From IMG/VR virus record IMGVR_UViG_3300047557_001143, positions 1-56,291 of that record: DNA of 56,291 bases; one strand, written 5' to 3'. The DNA is from a virus (lineage: Duplodnaviria > Caudoviricetes). Shown here piece by piece: positions 50,812 to 56,291 of this stretch (position 1 is the first letter of the stretch; every line of letters begins with the position of its first letter). The position numbers and the translations under genes are program-made. The notes below the pieces were generated by a model. That model saw nothing but the letters and a program-made list of their open reading frames with translations, searched no databases and was not told the origin of the DNA.

Positions 50812-53325
50812 ATGGCTACTGAATTCCCTATCGACCCCGAATACGGCCGTTTCATCGAGGGCATCCCCGACGAGATGGAGGAGGAGATCGAGGTCGAACT
50901 GCCTTCTGAAGAGGCCGAGATCGAAGAACTCCCGGACGGGTCGGCCATCGTGAAGATGGACACCCAGGGTCCGGAGGAGGACGAAGACTTCTACCAGAAC
51001 CTCGCTGAGGTCATCGACCCGCTTGAACTGAGCACGATGGCCATGCGGTTCACGAAGTTGATCGACGGCGACAAGGAAGCCCGCTCCGAGCGCGACAAGC
51101 AGTACGAGGAGGGCCTCAAGCGTACCGGCATGGGCAAGGATGCTCCTGGAGGCGCTACCTTTATGGGCGCTTCCAAGGTCGTGCACCCGGTCATGGCCGA
51201 GGCTTGCGTGGACTTTGCCTCACGAGCCATCAAGGAACTATTCCCGCCTGACGGTCCTGTGCGGACCAAGATCATGGGTCAGGTCGACGAGGAGAAGACT
51301 CAGCGGGCCGAGCGCAAGCGCGACTACATGAACTGGCAGTTGACGGAGCAGATCGAAGAGTTCCGCGACGAGCAGGAGCAACTCCTGACCCAGTTGCCTC
51401 TGGGTGGCTCGCAGTACATGAAACTCTGGTACGACGAGGAGAAGAAGCGGCCCTGTGCTGAGTTTTTGCCTATCGACCGGGTTCTGGTGCCGTTTGCTGC
51501 CACGAACTTCTACACCGCGCAGCGGGCTACCGAGATCCACGAGATCACGGAGATGGAGTTCAAGCGCCGCATCCGTTCTGGGATGTACCGCGACATCAAC
51601 CTGATCCGGGCCACGATGGAGCCGGAGGAGTCGAAGTCGCAGAAGGCCAACGACAAGATTGAAGGCCGCAAGTGGAACGACAACGAAGACGGTCTGCGCA
51701 ATGTCTTCCATGTCTACACTTGGTTGGAGATTGAAGAGGACAAGCGGTCCAAGGGCCAGTTGGCTCCCTACATCCTGATGATCGACGAACTGGAGAACGA
51801 GGTCGTCGGTCTGTACCGGAACTGGGAGGATGGCGACGAGACGATGACCAAACTCGACTGGATCGTCGAGTTCAAGTTCATCCCCTGGCGTGGTGCTTAC
51901 GCTATCGGCCTGCCCCACCTGATCGGCGGTCTGTCTGCAGCCCTGACGGGCGCTCTGCGGGCGCTGCTCGACACTGCGCACATCAACAACTCGGCCACGA
52001 TGCTGAAGTTGAAGGGGGCGAAGGTATCGGGCCAGTCTCAGCAGCCGGATGTCACGCAGGTCATTGAGATCGAGGCGGCTCCTGGTGTGGACGACATCAA
52101 GAAGATCGCCATGCCGATGCCGTTCAATCCTCCCTCTGCGGTGCTTCTGGAACTCCTGGGATGGCTCGACAAGGCCGCCAAGGGTGTCGTGACGACCGCG
52201 GAGGAGAAGATCGCCGATGTCAACGCCCAGGCTCCGGTGGGCACGACCCAGGCTCTGATCGAGCAGGGTGCGGCTGTCTTCTCGGCCATCCACGCTCGTC
52301 TGCATGATGCTCAGAGCCGGGTGCTGAAGATTCTGGGCCGGATCAACCGGTGGTATCTGGACGATCAGCGCAAGGGTGAGGTGGTCGCCGACCTGGAGAT
52401 CGAGCGCACCGACTTCAACCGCAACACGGATGTTGTGCCGGTGTCTGACCCGCACATCTTCTCCGAGACGCAGCGCATGGCCCAGATCCAGGCCGTCATG
52501 GCTCGGGCTGATGCTCACCCGGATCTCTACGATGTCCGGGCGGTGGAGGAGCGGTTCCTCAAGCAGTTGAAGGTGCCCGGGATCAACGAGATCTTGAAGG
52601 ACACCCCGGCGCCCGAGGAGCGCAACTCTGCTGATGAGAATGTGGCCATGGCTCTGGGGCAGAACGCCTACGCCTACATTCAGCAGGACCATCTGGCGCA
52701 CATCCAGTCGCACCTGGACTTTGCCCTGAACCCGGCTTTCGGCAGCAATCCGATCATGGCCTCGTTCTACCTGCCGCGCTCTCTGGAGCACATCAAGCAG
52801 CACATGGTGCTGTGGTACCTCAGCCGTACCAACGGTTATGTGAGGCAAGTGCGTGACGGCAAGCCGATCACCGAGGCTGAGTACGAGGACAAGCGCCTGA
52901 CGGCTGAACTGGACAAGGTGTTTGCTGTGACCTCGCAGCACATCATGCTTGACGCGGAGAAGGCCTTCAGCAAGATCCTGCCGCTAATTCAGCAACTCCT
53001 GCAGGCCATGCAGCAGATGACTCCCAAGCCCCAGTTGCCGCCTGAGGCGCAGGTGCTGATGGAGACCTCAATGGCCGAAACCAACCGCAGGGCCCAGAGA
53101 GACCAGGGCGAACTTGCCCTGCAGGGCCAGAAACTGCAGTTGGATGCCGCAAAGTCTGAGCGCCGGGATCAGTTGGATGTGGCTCTGAACGCCGCGGACA
53201 ACCTGACCAAGGAGCGCATTGAAACTGCACGCCTGACCCAGAAGGATCAGGAGTTGCAAGCCGAGCAGTTCGACACTGCAATCCGCCTCCAGAACGAGGC
53301 ACAACGAAGCCTAGGAGCATTTTGA
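50812..53325 (+). CDS. Portal protein
   Basis: 837 aa; HPVMAEACVDF, ELFPPDGPVRTKI, LPLGGSQYMK, PVGTTQALIEQG; Gln-rich barrel tail. Confidence 0.9.
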   Translation: MATEFPIDPEYGRFIEGIPDEMEEEIEVELPSEEAEIEELPDGSAIVKMDTQGPEEDEDFYQNLAEVIDPLELSTMAMRFTKLIDGDKEARSERDKQYEEGLKRTGMGKDAPGGATFMGASKVVHPVMAEACVDFASRAIKELFPPDGPVRTKIMGQVDEEKTQRAERKRDYMNWQLTEQIEEFRDEQEQLLTQLPLGGSQYMKLWYDEEKKRPCAEFLPIDRVLVPFAATNFYTAQRATEIHEITEMEFKRRIRSGMYRDINLIRATMEPEESKSQKANDKIEGRKWNDNEDGLRNVFHVYTWLEIEEDKRSKGQLAPYILMIDELENEVVGLYRNWEDGDETMTKLDWIVEFKFIPWRGAYAIGLPHLIGGLSAALTGALRALLDTAHINNSATMLKLKGAKVSGQSQQPDVTQVIEIEAAPGVDDIKKIAMPMPFNPPSAVLLELLGWLDKAAKGVVTTAEEKIADVNAQAPVGTTQALIEQGAAVFSAIHARLHDAQSRVLKILGRINRWYLDDQRKGEVVADLEIERTDFNRNTDVVPVSDPHIFSETQRMAQIQAVMARADAHPDLYDVRAVEERFLKQLKVPGINEILKDTPAPEERNSADENVAMALGQNAYAYIQQDHLAHIQSHLDFALNPAFGSNPIMASFYLPRSLEHIKQHMVLWYLSRTNGYVRQVRDGKPITEAEYEDKRLTAELDKVFAVTSQHIMLDAEKAFSKILPLIQQLLQAMQQMTPKPQLPPEAQVLMETSMAETNRRAQRDQGELALQGQKLQLDAAKSERRDQLDVALNAADNLTKERIETARLTQKDQELQAEQFDTAIRLQNEAQRSLGAF

Positions 53326-53480
53326 TGGCCACCAACCCGTACCACAACGAAGCCGTGCCCCTGCACAAGCGTATCGCCGCAGGCGAGAAACTTGACGGCA
53401 CTTCCCTCAAGAGCCAAGGCCAACCCGCCAAGGCACCCGCACAGAAAGGAGGCGCACTGAGCCAAGCGAAGAAGAAATGA
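53325..53480 (+). CDS. Small basic protein (51 aa; absent from ORF track)
   Basis: MATNPYHNEAVPLHKRIAAGE...AQKGGALSQAKKK; GGAG RBS; coupled at both ends. Confidence 0.6.
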   Translation: MATNPYHNEAVPLHKRIAAGEKLDGTSLKSQGQPAKAPAQKGGALSQAKKK

Positions 53481-53662
53481 GATATGTCGCTGACTACATC
53501 CATGCGATAGAGGCTCGGAAGGCTGAGATACGCCTGTCTATCGCGGCGGGAAATGCCGCGAACTGGGAGTCCTATCAACGGATGGTCGGTATTTATGCAG
53601 GCCTGGAAGAGGCTCTGCAGATCATGAACAACCTTCTGAAGGAAGAAGATGAAGATGAATGA
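53477..53662 (+). CDS. Small conserved head-region protein
   Basis: GNAANWESYQRMVGIYAGL motif; precedes GroES. Confidence 0.7.
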   Translation: MRYVADYIHAIEARKAEIRLSIAAGNAANWESYQRMVGIYAGLEEALQIMNNLLKEEDEDE

Positions 53663-54089
53663 ACCGGTAGCGTTTACCGACGCTGATGTTGCTTGGGCTT
53701 TCCCGAGTGTTGACCCCGGTGCAAAACCTCTTGGCGGCCGCATTCTTGTGCAACTGCGCCGCACGAAGAAGAAAGCAACATCCGCGGGGATCATCCTAGT
53801 CGAGGAGACCAAGGAGACCGAGAAGTGGAACAACATGGTGGCTAAGGTCATCGCCATTGGACCGCTTGCCTTCCGCAACCGCGACACCAACGAACCATGG
53901 CCTGAGGGCTCCTGGTGCGAAGTGGGTGATTACATCCGCGTCCCGAAGTGGGGCGGCGACCGTTGGGAAGTTCCTGTTCCCGGCGAGGAGGATGGAATCG
54001 AAGACCCGGCGCTCTTCATGATCTTGAACGATCACGAGATCATCGCCAAGGTCACCTGCAACCCGTTGCTGATGCGTGCTTTCATCTAA
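53655..54089 (+). CDS. groES: Co-chaperonin GroES-like
   Basis: KPLGGRILV, TSAGIIL, KVIAIGP, VGDYI, ILNDHEIIAKV. Confidence 0.9.
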   Translation: MNEPVAFTDADVAWAFPSVDPGAKPLGGRILVQLRRTKKKATSAGIILVEETKETEKWNNMVAKVIAIGPLAFRNRDTNEPWPEGSWCEVGDYIRVPKWGGDRWEVPVPGEEDGIEDPALFMILNDHEIIAKVTCNPLLMRAFI

Positions 54090-54099
54090 GAGGAGTCCT

Positions 54100-55071
54100 A
54101 TGAGCACACAGAACACCGAAGAGCGGATTGAGGTCAAGGAGGAGGTTGACGGCTCTGCCGTCGTGAACCTGCCTGACAACATTGCCGCTCCTGAGCAAGA
54201 GCCCGCGGATGAGCCCGCGGAAGAGGTAGAGGCCGCTGCGCCGGCCGACGAGGATGCCGACAGTCCTGGCGATTCCGACGCCCTGCGGGAGGCCAAAAGG
54301 GCTCGCCGCAAAGCCAAGCGGGAACTGGTCAAGAAGACGAACCAGGAGAAGGATCACCGTCTGGCCATGCTTCAGAAGCAGAACCAGGAACTGATGGAGC
54401 GCCTGTCTGCGGTGGAGCGCAAGACGCATTCTGCGGATCTGGCCCGGTTGGACAAGACGATCGAGGATTCTGAACTTCGCCTGCAGTACGCCAGGATGAA
54501 GATTGCGGAGGCCACGAGCGCCGGTGACGGCGAGGCCCTGGCCAAGGCCCAGGAGATGTGGTACGACTCTCGTCGGCAGGTGGAAGAACTCAAGCGTCTG
54601 CGCGAGTCGGCAGCCACTCCTCGGCAGCAGCAGAGCATCCCGGACCCCCGTCTGCAGCGATTGGCGGCCAACTGGATGGAGCGCAACTCTTGGTACAAAC
54701 CCGACAACCGGGATACTGATAGTCGAATCGCCAAGCAAATTGATGAGGCCCTGACGGCCGAGGGTTGGGACCCGACCTCGGAAGATTATTGGGACGAACT
54801 TGATAATCGCTTGCAGCGGTATCTGCCCCATCGCTACAATCAAAAAGCCGACGAGTATTCCTCGTCTTCACGGAGTAGGCCAAGGAGTATGGTGACTTCA
54901 TCGGGACGCGAGTCCCCGGCAAGCGCAGGTGGTCGCAACACTTTCACGCTCTCACCCGAACAGGTGCGTGCAATGAAGGAGGCGGGCTTTTGGGATGACC
55001 CCCAGAAGCGAGCCAAGATGATCAAGCGTTATGCACAAGAGGCCCGTCAAAACCAAGGCTACAGGAGTTAA
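54100..55071 (+). CDS. Capsid scaffolding protein
   Basis: Acidic N-terminus, coiled coil, WMERNSW, LSPEQVRAMK C-terminus; upstream of capsid gene. Confidence 0.75.
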   Translation: MSTQNTEERIEVKEEVDGSAVVNLPDNIAAPEQEPADEPAEEVEAAAPADEDADSPGDSDALREAKRARRKAKRELVKKTNQEKDHRLAMLQKQNQELMERLSAVERKTHSADLARLDKTIEDSELRLQYARMKIAEATSAGDGEALAKAQEMWYDSRRQVEELKRLRESAATPRQQQSIPDPRLQRLAANWMERNSWYKPDNRDTDSRIAKQIDEALTAEGWDPTSEDYWDELDNRLQRYLPHRYNQKADEYSSSSRSRPRSMVTSSGRESPASAGGRNTFTLSPEQVRAMKEAGFWDDPQKRAKMIKRYAQEARQNQGYRS

Positions 55072-55074
55072 GAC

Positions 55075-55623
55075 ATGGAATCTCGTCTCAAGAAATCACT
55101 GAAGAGCGGCGGCCGTCATGATCGCGCAAGCGAGGACGCGAGTCGTCTGCCTCCTCAAGAAAAGTTCATTTCTTCGCAGGAGCGTCGCAAGATGTGGAGC
55201 GATGAATGGACGCAGTCGGCACTGCCCAAGACCCCGGAGATTCCGGGATGGCACCTGTGTTGGCTTTCAACCACCAACGCCTACGACACCATCGACAAGC
55301 GTATGAGGCTCGGGTATGTACCGGTGATGGCCGAAGAGTTACCCGGATTCCAAAACTACAAAGTCAAGGCAGGCGAGTTCGTTGGACAAATCTCGTGCAA
55401 CGAGATGCTGCTGTTCAAACTTCCCATGGAGGTCTATCAAGACATCATGCGGGAACTGCACTACGAGAAGCCCCGCGAGGAGGAGGAGAAGATCCGAGTC
55501 CAAGTGGAGAATCTGCAGGGTGCGCGGGACAGCAACGGGAAATCCCTTGTGCGGTTGGAAGGCGACGGGCTTGGACAGTTCGATTCACAGCCAACCAATT
55601 CTGCCCCCGTATTCGAGGGCTAA
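55075..55623 (+). CDS. Conserved head-region protein
   Basis: PEIPGWHLCW...RLGYVPV...EMLLFKLP. Confidence 0.7.
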   Translation: MESRLKKSLKSGGRHDRASEDASRLPPQEKFISSQERRKMWSDEWTQSALPKTPEIPGWHLCWLSTTNAYDTIDKRMRLGYVPVMAEELPGFQNYKVKAGEFVGQISCNEMLLFKLPMEVYQDIMRELHYEKPREEEEKIRVQVENLQGARDSNGKSLVRLEGDGLGQFDSQPTNSAPVFEG

Positions 55624-55632
55624 GGAGCAAAA

Positions 55633-56229
55633 ATGTCTGCTACCAATGCTCCGTTCGGTCTGCGCCCCGCGTTCCATCCATCTGGTCTGGATCGCGCTCA
55701 GGCTCTGGCCAACGGTATCGTCTCGGCTTATGCCAACAACATCCTCAAGGGTCAACCGGTCAAGTATGTGACCGGCGGCACCATTGAAGAAGTCACTGGC
55801 ACGGAAGCCTTCGTGGGCGCCTTCGCGGGCGTCGAGTGGACCGACACGACTGGTCGTCGTCGCGTCTCCAACTACTGGCCGGCCCAGACCGCGTACGAGA
55901 CTGGCTCGTGCGTGGCCTATTTCTACAACGATCCCAACATCGTGTACGAAATCCAGGCTGACGGCGCGGTTGCCCAGTCGTCTATCGGCGACGAAGCCAA
56001 CTTCGTTAACCTGACGGCGGGTTCTACCGTCACCGGCCTTTCGCAGTGCCGCCTGAATTCGACGCTTGTGGGCGCGAACAACTCGGGCCAAATGCGTATC
56101 GTCGATATTGCCCCCTATCCGGGCAATGACTGGGGTGATGCTTTCACGATCGTCCGTGTGACGGTTGCGGCGCATCAATTCGCTCAAGTTCGCGTCTCGG
56201 GTGCTAACTACACCCCGGTCGCTATCTAA
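55633..56229 (+). CDS. Capsid decoration/cement protein
   Basis: NAPFGLRP, GAFAGVEWTD, DPNIVYEIQ, GSTVTGLS; directly before the capsid gene. Confidence 0.75.
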   Translation: MSATNAPFGLRPAFHPSGLDRAQALANGIVSAYANNILKGQPVKYVTGGTIEEVTGTEAFVGAFAGVEWTDTTGRRRVSNYWPAQTAYETGSCVAYFYNDPNIVYEIQADGAVAQSSIGDEANFVNLTAGSTVTGLSQCRLNSTLVGANNSGQMRIVDIAPYPGNDWGDAFTIVRVTVAAHQFAQVRVSGANYTPVAI

Positions 56230-56244
56230 TAAGGAGGGCGAATC

Positions 56245-56291
56245 ATGGCAGCCCCGATGCGTAGTACAGACTTTCGTTCCATCGTTGAGCC
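56245..56291 (+). CDS. Major capsid protein N-terminus (partial)
   Basis: AAGGAGG RBS then MAAPMRSTDFRSIVEP, running off the window end. Confidence 0.85.
   Translation, partial: MAAPMRSTDFRSIVE

Noticed and set aside
51238-52941. Long antisense ORFs (567 aa here; also 18503-20017, 5647-6963, 49518-50564)
   Set aside because: Expected antisense open frames in GC-rich coding DNA with strong codon bias; no recognisable motifs

Overview
The window is an essentially complete ~56 kb tailed dsDNA phage genome, opened inside the major capsid gene (its N-terminus is at 56245-56291 and the rest at 1-765). It has a podovirus-like layout with no sheath, tube or tape-measure gene. The + strand late region runs terminase small and large subunits, a large polyvalent internal protein, portal, GroES, scaffold and capsid (44-56 kb). 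It continues with head/tail proteins, a free-standing HNH endonuclease, tail fibres, two multi-LamG adhesins, a lysis cassette, a tail nozzle and four large putative ejection proteins (1-29.5 kb). A leftward early operon (29.6-33.6 kb) encodes an SSB, a PD-(D/E)XK exonuclease and small ORFs. A rightward operon encodes a Cro-like HTH, a replication initiator, a PAPS-reductase-like protein, a resolvase, a Ref-like nuclease and a three-gene sugar module (GT-like, NodZ/fucosyltransferase-like, GDP-mannose 3,5-epimerase). No integrase, CI repressor, DNA polymerase, tRNA or CRISPR array was recognised. The most notable signals are: (1) a [MFYLK]-x-x-G-G motif shared by several putative internal virion proteins, together with a lambda-gpH-like GEFV domain, suggesting a polyprotein processing or packaging system; (2) a putative GDP-L-galactose glycosylation module alongside an 87-copy Gly-Ser tract; (3) apparent genome-wide absence of AGCT and ACGT; (4) a C4-type antisense RNA co-transcribed with a secreted 6-Cys peptide, plus two promoter-driven pseudoknot RNAs of shared architecture; (5) cassette-like LamG modules between conserved linkers. 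All product calls come from motif recognition by eye; no searches were run.
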